Of a stretch of DNA of 64,000 nucleotides, positions 29,987-39,745 are shown piece after piece. Both the position numbers and the translations under genes were made by a program. Source of the DNA: an uncultured Chloroflexia bacterium (GTDB lineage: Bacteria > Chloroflexota > Limnocylindria > Limnocylindrales > CSP1-4); NCBI GenBank assembly GCA_963707215.1, contig CAVPPB010000001.1, forward strand, positions 192,001 through 256,000, read 5' to 3'. The stretch's first letter is position 1; each line of letters begins with the position of its first letter. Under the pieces are notes generated by a model, which was not told where the DNA came from, did no database searches, and saw nothing but the letters and a program-made list of their open reading frames with translations.

Positions 29987-31845
29987 TCACGGGCTGACCG
30001 CGTCGGCGGGAGCCGCGTCGGCCGGGCCGAGCTCGGTAGGCATCGCATGCGGATCAGGAAGGTCGAGGATCGACATCGCGTTGGTGGCCACCCGACGGAA
30101 CAGCTCGAACGACATGACCGGGAGCTCGATGAAGCCGCGGCGGATCACCGACGGCTCGGGCCTCCTCGATCCGGATCGCCACGATCAGCTCCGGCTGACC
30201 CCGGCCGATGAACCCGACGAACGAGTAGTTGAAGAGGTTGCGCTTCCAGCCACCGCGGCCCTCGTTGGCCTTGGGATCCCAGATCTGTGCGGTGCCGGTC
30301 TTGCCGCCGACCAGGTAGCCCGGAACGAGGGTCCGATCCCGGTAGAAGTCGACCTCGGTGACGACGTGGGTCATCAGACCGGTCAGGTCGCTCGACAGCT
30401 CGGGCGTGACGAGACCGGTCGCGCGTGCAGTCGGCACGGTGTCCCGGTCGCCGATGCCGAGGACGGCGTGAGGCTGGACCAGGGTGCCGCCGTTGACCAT
30501 CGCCGAGAAGGCTGCGGCCAGCTGGATCGGCGTGACGGCGACCCCCTGCCCGAAGGTCCCGTTGGCCAGGTCGATCTGGCGCCACGGGACGATCGTCGGG
30601 TCGCGGACGATGCCCCCGACCTCCCCCGCGACATCGATCCCCGTGGGGGCCCCGAAGCCGAAGCGACGCCAGGTGTCGTGCAGCACCACGGCCGACTCGC
30701 GGGTCGTCTCGCCGAAGTCGAGGGCGACGCGGGCGACCCCGACGTTGCGGGAGTAGGCGACGATGTCCTCGAAGGCCAGCCAACCCATCGCCCGGCCGTC
30801 GGCATCCTCGACCTGGGTCTTGCCGTTGTCGAGCTTGAGGGCGACCGGAGTCGTTGACCTTCGTCTTCAGGCCGACCGTGCCACGGTCCAGGGCGGCCAC
30901 GGCGGTCAGCATCTTGAAGACCGAGCCCGGTTCATAGACCTCGCTGACCACCGGGTCGATGAACCGCTCGGGCGCCTCGGTCGCGACCTCGCGGTAGGCG
31001 TTGCCGTCATACGACGGATAGGTCGCCGATGCCAGCACCTCGCCGGTGAAGGGATCCATCACGACGGCCGATACCTTCCTGGCCTCGTCGGCGAGCTGGG
31101 TGGCCAGGACCTCCTGCTCGACCGCCAGCTGGAGGCTCGCGTCGATCGTCAGGCGGACATCCTCGCCGGGGACCCCCGGATCGACGACCCGGGTGGTGTC
31201 CGGGATAGGGTTGCCGTTGGCATCACGCTGGGCGACGGTGACCCGGGGGAGCCCGCCCAGGACGTCCTGGTAGCGCTGCTCGACGCCGTACTGGCCCTCG
31301 CCTTCCCGGTTCACGAACCCGAGGAGGTGGGCCGCGAGCGTCGTGTCCGGGGCGCCGCCAGGCTGCGGGTAGACTCGGACCGGCTCCTCCTCGAGGGCCA
31401 CGGCGACCACCCGGCCGGCAGCGTCCGCGTCGCGGATGCGCTGGGCTGTTTCCTCGTCGATATCGCGGGCGAGGACGACATAGGCACGCTCACCGAGCAT
31501 CCGCTCGGTCAGCGTCCTGGCCCGCTCCTCATCAAGGTCGAGCAGATCGACGAGCTCCTCGGCGACCTCGAGACGTCGGACCCGCGTCAGCTGGTCGGGC
31601 GAGGCCGCCAGACGGTAGTGATCGATCGTGGTGGCGAGGACGACCGTGCCGCTTCGATCGTAGACCGTCCCACGCCGGGCGGGCATCTCCGCCCGGATCG
31701 TCGTCTGCTCCTCGGCCTGGGCCGCCAGCCGCCCTCGCTCCACGACCTGCCATTGGCCGAGGCGCACGAAGAGCGCCCCTGCGGCCACCACGAAGGCGAC
31801 CAGCAGGAGCAGGAGGCGACGGCGCGAGTCCGTCCGTCCCAGCAT
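29987..31845 (-). CDS. ftsI: Class B penicillin-binding protein FtsI, two frameshifts (near 30843 and 30158)
   Basis: RRGTVYDR, EPGSVFK (SxxK), SRN (SxN), GKTGTAQ (KTG) spread over three consecutive frames. Confidence 0.9.
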
Positions 31846-31860
31846 CGTCAGGCGATGGCG

Positions 31861-32322
31861 CTACTTGGCTTCCAGGACGATCGGATCGGTCAGCTGGCCC
31901 AGCCCCAGGTCGAGGGCGAGCTTGCGGACCGCCGGCTCCCGGCCGAGGCGGTTGAGGTCGGAGACGAGGCTCCGCTGCTGATCCTCGAGCCGGTCGCGCT
32001 CCAGCAACAGGCGGTCGATCTCGTAGCCCGTCGCCGAGACCCGCATCGACTGGGCGAGCCAGAAGAAGGCGAGCATGAAGGCGATGACGATCGCACCCAG
32101 GACGATCCCGATCCGGTCCGACCGTCGCCCGGCGCGAGTGGCTCCCCGAACACGCCGGCGCGGGATGACCGCATCGATGGCCGCGGCGACGGCCGCGCCA
32201 GCGACGGACGGGCCGCCGATCGCCGGGACCGCGGCCGACGATCCTCCGGCCGCCCCGCGGACCGAACGGATGCCGGTGCTGGCTCGGACGCCGGTCCGTC
32301 GGGCGCCCTCGTAGACGGCCAT
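31861..32322 (-). CDS. ftsL: Putative cell division protein FtsL
   Basis: Single TM followed by a coiled coil (GYEIDRL...LNRLG), directly upstream of ftsI. Confidence 0.7.
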   Translation of the reverse strand: MAVYEGARRTGVRASTGIRSVRGAAGGSSAAVPAIGGPSVAGAAVAAAIDAVIPRRRVRGATRAGRRSDRIGIVLGAIVIAFMLAFFWLAQSMRVSATGYEIDRLLLERDRLEDQQRSLVSDLNRLGREPAVRKLALDLGLGQLTDPIVLEAK

Positions 32323-32323
32323 C

Positions 32324-32530
32324 TCAGTCGCCCAGGCCGAAGCGAAGCCGGCGGGGTCCGCCGTCCAGCTCGTACATGCCGTACGCCTCGTCCTGGCCCC
32401 GCTGCCCGAAGGCGTCGATCCGCGCGTCGAGCCAGACCTCGTCGCGCCGACGGGTCTGGTCGCGCTCGCGCACCTCGTGCATCCGACGGCCGTACGTGCG
32501 GCGCCGGGTGGACTGATGTCGCTTGCTCAT
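32324..32530 (-). CDS. Small basic hypothetical protein (68 aa) in the dcw operon
   Basis: Strong GGAGGAGG RBS, ATG start, stop 1 nt before the ftsL ATG. Confidence 0.7.
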   Translation of the reverse strand: MSKRHQSTRRRTYGRRMHEVRERDQTRRRDEVWLDARIDAFGQRGQDEAYGMYELDGGPRRLRFGLGD

Positions 32531-32591
32531 CGGGCCTCCTCCTCTGGCTCCGGTGGGCGATGACCCGGCGGACCATCCGCCGGGTCCTGGG

Positions 32592-33536
32592 TCATGGGCT
32601 GAGTCGCTCCGCCGCTCGGAGCCGGGCGCTCCGCGCCCGTGGGTTCGCCGAGATCTCCTCGGCCGTGGGAGTCAGCGAGGGCCGGGTCACGAGGCGGACC
32701 CGGGGCGCCCGGCCGCAGACGCAGACCGGCAGCTCCGGCGGACACGTGCAGCCCCGCCGTTCGGACGCCAGGAATCGCTTGACGATCCGGTCCTCGAGCG
32801 AGTGGTAGCTCAGGACCACGAGCCGCCCTCCTGGCCGGAGCAGATCGATCGCCGAGGACAGCGCCTCGCGAAGCGCGTCGAGCTCGTCGTTGACGGCGAT
32901 CCGGAGGGCCTGGAAGACCCGGGTCGCCGGATGGATCCGGCGCGGTGGGCCCGCCCGACCCGGGACGACCTGCTCGACCAGCTCGGCGAGCTCCGTCGCG
33001 GTCTCGACCGGCGCGGTCCGCCGGCCCTGGACGATCGCCCGGGCGATCCGCTTCGCGTGGGGTTCCTCGCCGTATCGACGGAACAGGGCGACCAGCTCGG
33101 CTTCGTCGAGGGTCCGCAGGAGCTCCGCCGCCGCGACCCCCACCGTGGGGTCGAACCGCATGTCGAGTGGCCCGCCGGCCCGGAAGCCGAAGCCGCGGTC
33201 CGTGTCGGCCAGCTGGAACGAGGACAGCCCGAGATCCATCAGGCAGCCGTCGACGGAGGCGAACCCGGCCTCGGGTGCGACCTCACCGACGCGACGGAAG
33301 TCGGTCCGGCGAAGGACCAGCCGGTCGCCGAACCGAGCCAGGCGTTCGCGCACCCGCTCGATCGCTGCCGGATCCGCGTCGAGACCCAGGACGCGGCCGT
33401 CGGGGCTGGTGGCCTCCAGGATCCGCTCGGTGTGCCCACCGCCGCCGACCGTGGCGTCGATCTGAAGGCTGCCGGGAGCCGGGGCGAGGAACTCGATGAC
33501 CTCGTCCACCAGCACCGGCAGGTGCCCTTCCTTCAT
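32592..33536 (-). CDS. rsmH: 16S rRNA C1402 N4-methyltransferase
   Basis: HLPVL, DATVGGGGH, DLGLSSFQL, LDMRFD, FQALRIAVNDE, YHSLEDR, NPRARSARLR. Confidence 0.98.
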   Translation of the reverse strand: MKEGHLPVLVDEVIEFLAPAPGSLQIDATVGGGGHTERILEATSPDGRVLGLDADPAAIERVRERLARFGDRLVLRRTDFRRVGEVAPEAGFASVDGCLMDLGLSSFQLADTDRGFGFRAGGPLDMRFDPTVGVAAAELLRTLDEAELVALFRRYGEEPHAKRIARAIVQGRRTAPVETATELAELVEQVVPGRAGPPRRIHPATRVFQALRIAVNDELDALREALSSAIDLLRPGGRLVVLSYHSLEDRIVKRFLASERRGCTCPPELPVCVCGRAPRVRLVTRPSLTPTAEEISANPRARSARLRAAERLSP

Positions 33537-33590
33537 CCCTCCTCCACGACCGTCGAACGGATCCCGAGCGGATCCTGGAAGCGCATATGG

Positions 33591-34019
33591 TCAGATCCCC
33601 AGGCCGTCGAGGTGATCGGCGAGCCGGGCCGGATCCTCGAGCTCCCGGCGGACGCCATCCCATCGTCCGGGGGCCCAGATCTCGGCGTGGTCGCGCGATC
33701 CCACGATGACCGCGTCGCCCGCCAGCTCCGCCCAGTCCCGGAGGAAGGCGGGCACCAGGACCCGTCCCTGGCGATCGAGCTCGACCTCGATCGCCCCTCC
33801 GAACAGGAAGCGCTGGAAGGCGCGGGATCCGGGGTCGGTGATGCGGAGACCGGCGACCTTGTCCGCCAGTGCCTCCCATTCCGACCGAGGGAACACCGCC
33901 AGGCAGCCATCGATCCAGCGGGAGACGAAGGCGCCGCCGGCGAGGGACGCGCGGAAGCGAGAGGGGACGGCGATCCGCCCCTTCTCGTCCACCGAGTGCC
34001 GGTACTCGCCGGTGAACAC
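33591..34019 (-). CDS. mraZ: Transcriptional regulator MraZ
   Basis: FTGEYRHSVDEKGRIAVP and DRQGRVLVP repeats. Confidence 0.97.
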   Translation of the reverse strand: MFTGEYRHSVDEKGRIAVPSRFRASLAGGAFVSRWIDGCLAVFPRSEWEALADKVAGLRITDPGSRAFQRFLFGGAIEVELDRQGRVLVPAFLRDWAELAGDAVIVGSRDHAEIWAPGRWDGVRRELEDPARLADHLDGLGI

Positions 34020-34077
34020 CGTCGGGCTACCCCTGCTGGTGATCGGGCACCGTCCGGCGCCGATCCTGGTCGGTTCC

Positions 34078-34137
34078 CCACTTGGCACCACTTTGTGCCA
34101 CTTCGCCGCATTCTAGCGGACGAAGCGAGCGCGTCAA
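34078..34137 (-). promoter_or_regulatory. dcw promoter (TTGACG-N16-TAGAAT) followed by three MraZ boxes AAGTGG at 10-bp period
   Basis: ccactt at 34078, 34088 and 34098; attcta 34110-34115; cgtcaa 34132-34137. Confidence 0.85.
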
Positions 34138-34308
34138 TGCCAATTCCGCACAGCGGGCATGGCAGGAAACCGGAAGGGGCCGGGCAAGAAGGCGGGACGA
34201 TCCGACCGCGCTCGGCCGCTGGCCGTCCTTGCTAGCGGCTCCGGCGGCGAACAGCCGGTAGTGGCTCGACGGGGCCGTGAGGCCCGGCGCCAGGCCGTGG
34301 GCGCAGCG

Positions 34309-35127
34309 TCAGCGCGTCGGGGGCGGGAGCGTCAGACGGTCACCGGGCTTGATCCGGGATGGGTCGCCGATCCACGGATTGAGGTCGATGACGGTGTCGT
34401 ACGGGACTCCGAACCAGTTCGCGATGCTGAAGAGGTTGTCGCCCCTGCGGACGACATAGATGTAGCAGTCGGGCCTCTCGGGACAGGCGACCAGAACCGC
34501 GTAGCGGTCGCTCGACGGCGACGGAGCGCTGGATGCCGTCGGGGATGGCGGCGCATCGGGGCTGGGCGAGGGCGTTGCGGTCGATATCGACGGCGATGCG
34601 CCCGGAGTCGTGACCGGGGTCGCGGATCGGGAGGGCGATGGCGAGGCATCGGCGACGGCGGTGGGTGTCGCGGTGGCCGCACCGATGCCGGGCACCGCGA
34701 CGCCTCCGTTGGAGGCCACGAAGGCGATAGAGACGGCGACCGAGGCGACCAGGGCAGCGATGGCCAAGCCCGTCGGCCATCCGAGGCCGCGGCTGGAGGC
34801 AGCCACCTGATCGGATCCGACCGGTGCCACCTCGTCGGCCGCGCGCCGGAAGCGGGGGCAGTCCGCGTGAGCCGTCGCGAGGCAGACGAGCGCCTGCTGT
34901 CGATCGGACAGGTCGATCGGCTCGTCGAGGGCGACGCAGACGTTCCAGGCATCCGGGCCGCCGACCGGCACCGCGCCATCGCGACGCGCCAGGTACTGGC
35001 AGACCGGGCCGGTCGGCTCGATCCAGAGCGCAGTCGGAGCCGCCAGGGAGGATGCCTCGGCCTCGGCGCGGCTCGCCTCGTCGGCGGTGAGGCGTCCTGG
35101 GTCGTCTCCGTTCCCGGGTCCCGTCAT
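34309..35127 (-). CDS. Membrane-anchored LysM protein with N-terminal Cys/His motif
   Basis: C-terminal [13 protein letters not shown]...LNPWI...[10 protein letters not shown] LysM; TM; Pro/Ser/Thr linker. Confidence 0.85.
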   Translation of the reverse strand: MTGPGNGDDPGRLTADEASRAEAEASSLAAPTALWIEPTGPVCQYLARRDGAVPVGGPDAWNVCVALDEPIDLSDRQQALVCLATAHADCPRFRRAADEVAPVGSDQVAASSRGLGWPTGLAIAALVASVAVSIAFVASNGGVAVPGIGAATATPTAVADASPSPSRSATPVTTPGASPSISTATPSPSPDAPPSPTASSAPSPSSDRYAVLVACPERPDCYIYVVRRGDNLFSIANWFGVPYDTVIDLNPWIGDPSRIKPGDRLTLPPPTR

Positions 35128-35330
35128 CCGGGGTCGCTCATCGGCGTGACTCCGTGCGGTCGCTGCCGCCGGGAGTCTAGTACGAGCCGAGCCTCGGACG
35201 CCTCGAGGCGTCCCCTGCCGCGCACACGCTAGTACCTTCCGCTCGTTGCCGGGCGCGATCGGCCGGTGCTACCGTCGGGGCCGGCGTGGACCGCCGAACG
35301 AAGCTGCCCGGTACCGAGAGGACCGCCGCG

Positions 35331-35570
35331 ATGGCCCTGCCCCTGGACGCGACCCCGACCCCGACCGCGTACGGTCTCGCCCAGCCCCGGATCCGGCGCT
35401 GCACGTTCCGTCGGCTGACGATCGTCCGTGTCGACGGCGACCAGGTGTACGACGTGACCTGCCTCTACCCGGACCGTCGCCGGCCGATCCCCCTCGGCGA
35501 CCTCGAGACGGCGACCCCGATCTGCAACGCTTGCACGGCGGCCCACATCTTCCGGGCCGACGAGGACTGA
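35331..35570 (+). CDS. Small Cys-containing hypothetical protein (79 aa)
   Basis: GAGAGGA RBS; TGcTACCGT extended -10 upstream; four Cys including CNAC. Confidence 0.75.
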   Translation: MALPLDATPTPTAYGLAQPRIRRCTFRRLTIVRVDGDQVYDVTCLYPDRRRPIPLGDLETATPICNACTAAHIFRADED

Positions 35571-35578
35571 GGGGCGTC

Positions 35579-35928
35579 GCCAGCGAGGCGGCCTGTAAGC
35601 CGGGTTCTGTCCCGCGACGAGCGCGGGGACGGTCATCCATCTACGGCCGTCGGTCGCCCGACGGCTCATGCGGCCGACCCGAGGGCTGGAGCGGCGCGCT
35701 CTGGTCCCGGCGGACCGGGACCGTGCCCTCCTACTTGGCCTTGCTCCGGGTGGAGTTTGCCGCGTTTCACTCCGGCCCCGAGGGGCCGGCATCGTCACTG
35801 TGGCACTGGTCCTCGCCTTGCGGCGGACGGGCGTTACCCGCCACCCTTGCGCCGTGGAGCCCGGACTTTCCTCACGCCACGACCGGTCGCCCGATCACGG
35901 TGCGCGACCGTCCGGCCGCCTCGCTGGC
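35579..35928 (-). ncRNA. rnpB: RNase P RNA (bacterial type A)
   Basis: Minus strand GAGGAAAGTCCGGGCT and ACAGAACCCGGCTTA conserved motifs; terminal P1 stem gccagcgaggcggcc/ggccgcctcgctggc; TAGAAT -10 at 35935-35940. Confidence 0.97.
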
Positions 35929-35983
35929 ATCCCGATTCTAGCGCGCCCGCCGGACGGTCCCCTCCGGCGGACCCCGCTCCCGG

Positions 35984-36505
35984 TCAGGGACGCTGGACGA
36001 CCCGCGGCGGCCCCCCGGCGGCGACCCGGTCGATGGCCTCGTTGGCGAGGGCATCGGCAGCGTGGTTCTCGGCGCGCCGGACGTGACGAGCGGACCAGCG
36101 GTCGAAGCCGGCGAGGCGCCGCCGTGCGTCCTCCCAGAGCGGGCGGAGCTTGGCGTCCTTGACCTTCCACCGCCCATGGAGCTGCTCGACGATGAGCATC
36201 GAGTCGAGCAGCAGGTCGACCTCCTGAGCACCGAGCTCGGCGGCGAGCTCGAGTGCCCGTACGACGCCGAGATACTCGGCCACGTTGTTCGTTCGGACGC
36301 CCAGCCACTCCGAGATCGTCGCCACGGGCCTGGCGGCAGGGTCGAGGGCTCCCCTGCGCTCCGCGTCGATGAGGACCGCACCCAGCGACGCGGGTCCCGG
36401 GTTCCCCCTGGCCGCTCCATCGGTCCGGATGATGAGCCGGCGCGGCCCGGCAGCGGGCGCCGGGCCTGGCTCGTCGTCCGGGTCCCAGAGCCCGTCCTGA
36501 CTCAG
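35984..36505 (-). CDS. rnhA: Ribonuclease HI, probable CTG start
   Basis: TDGAARGNPGP, TNNVAEY, DSMLIVEQ, HVRRAENHAADALAN; frame open up to a CTG overlapping the sdhB stop. Confidence 0.88.
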   Translation of the reverse strand: MSQDGLWDPDDEPGPAPAAGPRRLIIRTDGAARGNPGPASLGAVLIDAERRGALDPAARPVATISEWLGVRTNNVAEYLGVVRALELAAELGAQEVDLLLDSMLIVEQLHGRWKVKDAKLRPLWEDARRRLAGFDRWSARHVRRAENHAADALANEAIDRVAAGGPPRVVQRP

Positions 36506-37200
36506 GAGTGCTCCTCCACGATCGCCTCGGAGATCTCCAGGATCGCCTGGGTGATCCGGATCCCCCGAGGGCAGGCGTCGGTGCAGTTGAAGATCGTCCG
36601 ACAGCGCCAGACACCGTCCTTGTCGGCGAGGATCTCGAGCCGCTCCTCCCGGGCGTCGTCACGTGTATCGAAGACGAAACGATGGGCGTTGACGATGGCA
36701 GCCGGGCCCACGTAGGACGACTTGGCCCAGAACGACGGGCACGACGACGTGCAGGCGGCGCACAGGATGCACTTGGTGGTGTCGTCGAAGCGGGCTCGGT
36801 CACGGGGGCTCTGGCGGCGCTCGCGGTCGGGCGGGGGTCCCTCGGCGACCAGGAAGGGCATGACGCTGCGATAGCGGTCGAAGAAGCCCTCCATGTCGAC
36901 GACGAGGTCCTTCATGACGGGCAGGCCCGGCAGCGGAGCGAGGCTGATCTTGCGGCCCAGCTGATCGACCCGGATCTTGCAGGCGAGGCGGTTGCGGCCG
37001 TTGACGAGCATCGCGTCGGACCCGCAGATACCGTGGCCACAGGACCTCCGGAACGTGAGCGTCCCGTCCTGCTCGTACTTGATCCGGTGGAGCAGGTCGA
37101 GGACCCGGTCCATGGGCTCCGCGTCGACGGTGTAGCGCTCCCAGTGCGGCTTCGGGTCGCGGTCCGGGTCGAAGCGAAGGATCTTGAGGTCGACCTGCAT
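36502..37200 (-). CDS. sdhB: Succinate dehydrogenase iron-sulfur subunit
   Basis: RRSCGHGICGSD, CILCAACTSSCP, CRTIFNCTDACP. Confidence 0.96.
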   Translation of the reverse strand: MQVDLKILRFDPDRDPKPHWERYTVDAEPMDRVLDLLHRIKYEQDGTLTFRRSCGHGICGSDAMLVNGRNRLACKIRVDQLGRKISLAPLPGLPVMKDLVVDMEGFFDRYRSVMPFLVAEGPPPDRERRQSPRDRARFDDTTKCILCAACTSSCPSFWAKSSYVGPAAIVNAHRFVFDTRDDAREERLEILADKDGVWRCRTIFNCTDACPRGIRITQAILEISEAIVEEHS

Positions 37201-37201
37201 C

Positions 37202-38956
37202 TCAGTACACCCGCGGCTTCGGCTCGAAGCGGGTGATCGTCACCGGCTTGTAGTCGATCGACGGGCCATCGGAGGTGCGGCGCGTGAGACTGTGGGCGAG
37301 GAAGTCGACGTCGTCACGCTCCGGATAGTCCTCGCGGGAGTGAGCGCCGCGGCTCTCCTTCCGGTCGAGCGCGGCCACGACGGTCGTCTCGGCGCAATCG
37401 AGCAGGTAGCCGAGCTCGCGCGCCTCGAGCAGGTCGGTGTTGAAGGTCGCGCCACGATCCTGGACCCGGACCCCGGCGTAGCGTCCGCGCAGCTCGGCGA
37501 CCTTGGCGCGAGCCGCGCTGAGGAGCGTCTCGTCCCGGAACACCCCGACGTTGTCCATCATGACGTCGGCCAGCTCCTTGCGGATCCGCGACGCTGACTC
37601 GACACCCCCGACCGGCGGATCGGACACGAGCTTCGCCAGCTCGGCCCGGGCCGGCTCCACAGCGTCGCGCGGAACGTCGGGCGGCGTCATCCCGGCCACG
37701 TCCTGGACCATCTGGCGGCCAGCCCGCCGCCCGAAGACGAGGAGGTCGACGAGCGAGTTCGTGCCCAGGCGATTCGCCCCGTGGACGCTCACGCAGGCGC
37801 ACTCGCCCGCCGCGTAGAGGCCCGGCACGACCGTGTCGAGCCGGTCGCGGATGACCCGCGTCCGGAGGTCGGTCGGGATCCCGCCCATCGAGTAGTGGGC
37901 GGTCGGCTGGATGGGCACCGGCTCGGTCAGCGGCTCCACCCCCAGGTAGACCCGGGCGAAGTCGGTGATGTCGGGCAGCTTCTCCTCGATGACGTCGCGG
38001 CCCAGGTGGCGCACGTCGAGGAGGACGTAGTCCTTGCCGTCGACCCCACGCCCATCGCGGACCTCGAGGTAGATCGCCCGGCTGACCATGTCGCGCGGGG
38101 CAAGGTCCATGAGGGTCGGTGCGTAGCGCTCCATGAAGCGCTCGCCCTGCCCGTTGAGGAGGATGCCACCCTCGCCCCGGGCCGCCTCGGACAGCAGGAC
38201 GCCGAGTCCCTTGATCCCCGTCGGATGGAACTGGTAGAACTCCATATCCTCGAGCGGGATCCCGTGGCGGTAGGCCAGGGAGATCCCGTCGCCGGTCAGG
38301 GACCAGGCGTTCGAGGTGATCCGGAACAGCCGTCCGTAACCGCCGGTCGCCAGCAAGACGGCCTTCGCGGCGAACGTGTCCAGCGAGCCATCGGCGATCC
38401 GGTAGGCGACGACACCGGCCGAGCGGCCGCCGTCTCCGAGGTCCGCGCCCTCGCTGATGAGGTCGACGACGTGATACTCGTCGAAGAACGTGACCCCGTG
38501 CTTGATGCACTGCTGGTAGAGCGTCTGGAGGATCATGTGGCCGGTGCGGTCGGCGGCGAAGCACGAGCGCTTGACCGGCCCCTCCCCGTAGTTGCGCGTG
38601 TGACCGCCGAACCGCCGTTGATCGATCAGGCCCTCGGGCGTCCGGTTGAACGGCAGACCCATGTGCTCGAGCTCGATCACGCACTCGATGGCCTCCCGGG
38701 CCAGGATCTCGGCTGCGTCCTGGTCGACCAGGTAGTCACCGCCCTTGACGGTGTCGAACATGTGCCACTCCCAGTGGTCCTCCTCGAGGTTGCCGAGGGC
38801 GGCACACACGCCACCCTGGGCGGCGCCGGTGTGGGAGCGGGTCGGGTACAGCTTGGTGAGGACGGCCGAACGCACGCCGGCCTTGGCCAGCTCGAGGGCG
38901 GCCCACAGGCCGGCCCCCCCGGCGCCGACGATGACCGCGTCGAATCGGTGCTCCAT
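37202..38956 (-). CDS. sdhA: Succinate dehydrogenase flavoprotein subunit
   Basis: [35 protein letters not shown]. Confidence 0.97.
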   Translation of the reverse strand: MEHRFDAVIVGAGGAGLWAALELAKAGVRSAVLTKLYPTRSHTGAAQGGVCAALGNLEEDHWEWHMFDTVKGGDYLVDQDAAEILAREAIECVIELEHMGLPFNRTPEGLIDQRRFGGHTRNYGEGPVKRSCFAADRTGHMILQTLYQQCIKHGVTFFDEYHVVDLISEGADLGDGGRSAGVVAYRIADGSLDTFAAKAVLLATGGYGRLFRITSNAWSLTGDGISLAYRHGIPLEDMEFYQFHPTGIKGLGVLLSEAARGEGGILLNGQGERFMERYAPTLMDLAPRDMVSRAIYLEVRDGRGVDGKDYVLLDVRHLGRDVIEEKLPDITDFARVYLGVEPLTEPVPIQPTAHYSMGGIPTDLRTRVIRDRLDTVVPGLYAAGECACVSVHGANRLGTNSLVDLLVFGRRAGRQMVQDVAGMTPPDVPRDAVEPARAELAKLVSDPPVGGVESASRIRKELADVMMDNVGVFRDETLLSAARAKVAELRGRYAGVRVQDRGATFNTDLLEARELGYLLDCAETTVVAALDRKESRGAHSREDYPERDDVDFLAHSLTRRTSDGPSIDYKPVTITRFEPKPRVY

Positions 38957-38963
38957 CAGTGGC

Positions 38964-39353
38964 TCACTCGATCGGGAGGGACATCGTCGCGACGACGATC
39001 GTGCCCATGGCGAAGATCACGAGGGCGCCCAGGTAGAGGCCCATGGTGAGCACGGTCCGGACGCCGCCGCGGGTGTAGTCCTGGACGACGGTTCGCATGC
39101 CCATGAAGGCATGGAAGGTGACGAACGTCAGCATCAGCCAGTCGACGGTCCGCCAGGCGATGCTCCCCCACCGCTCGGTGGCGATCCAGTCGGCCGTCTG
39201 CTCGGCCGGATCGAAGATGACGTGGGTGATCATGAAGTGGCCGAGGGCCGTCACGAAGAGGCCGAGGCCCGTGAGGCGGATGAGGTACCAGACCGCCAGC
39301 TCGTAGCCGCCCGACTTGGGCCGGGCTCGACTGGCGTACGACGACCGGGTCAT
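38964..39353 (-). CDS. sdhD: Succinate dehydrogenase membrane anchor
   Basis: Three TM helices, heme-ligand His residues, [13 protein letters not shown]. Confidence 0.9.
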   Translation of the reverse strand: MTRSSYASRARPKSGGYELAVWYLIRLTGLGLFVTALGHFMITHVIFDPAEQTADWIATERWGSIAWRTVDWLMLTFVTFHAFMGMRTVVQDYTRGGVRTVLTMGLYLGALVIFAMGTIVVATMSLPIE

Positions 39354-39745
39354 CAGGCGCCTCCCAGGAGCTGCTGGAACTGGGGCAGCCCGAAGGCCGG
39401 GGCCATGATGTGATAGGCGACCGGCAGGCCGACGACGAAGAAGGCGATCCAGCTGGCGTACCAGAGCTGGCGGTGGTAGCGGGTCATCGCCGGCCAGAAG
39501 TCCATGATGATGATCCGCAGGCCGTTGAGGGCGTGGTAGAGGAGCGCAGCCCCGAGGAGCGTCTCGCCGAAGCGCCCGATCGGGCTGGCGTAGATCGCCA
39601 GCACCTCGTCGTACAGCTCCGGGCTGGCGCCGGCCAACCAGATGTCGAGGACGTGCAGCAGGATGAAGGCGAACAGGGCCACGCCCGCGATCCGATGGAA
39701 CGCCCAGGCGACCATCCCCTCGCCCCCGCGGTAGCGGAACAGCAT
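39353..39745 (-). CDS. sdhC: Succinate dehydrogenase cytochrome b subunit
   Basis: YRGGEGMVAWAFHRIAG, HALNGLRIIIMDFW; GGAGGA RBS. Confidence 0.92.
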   Translation of the reverse strand: MLFRYRGGEGMVAWAFHRIAGVALFAFILLHVLDIWLAGASPELYDEVLAIYASPIGRFGETLLGAALLYHALNGLRIIIMDFWPAMTRYHRQLWYASWIAFFVVGLPVAYHIMAPAFGLPQFQQLLGGA

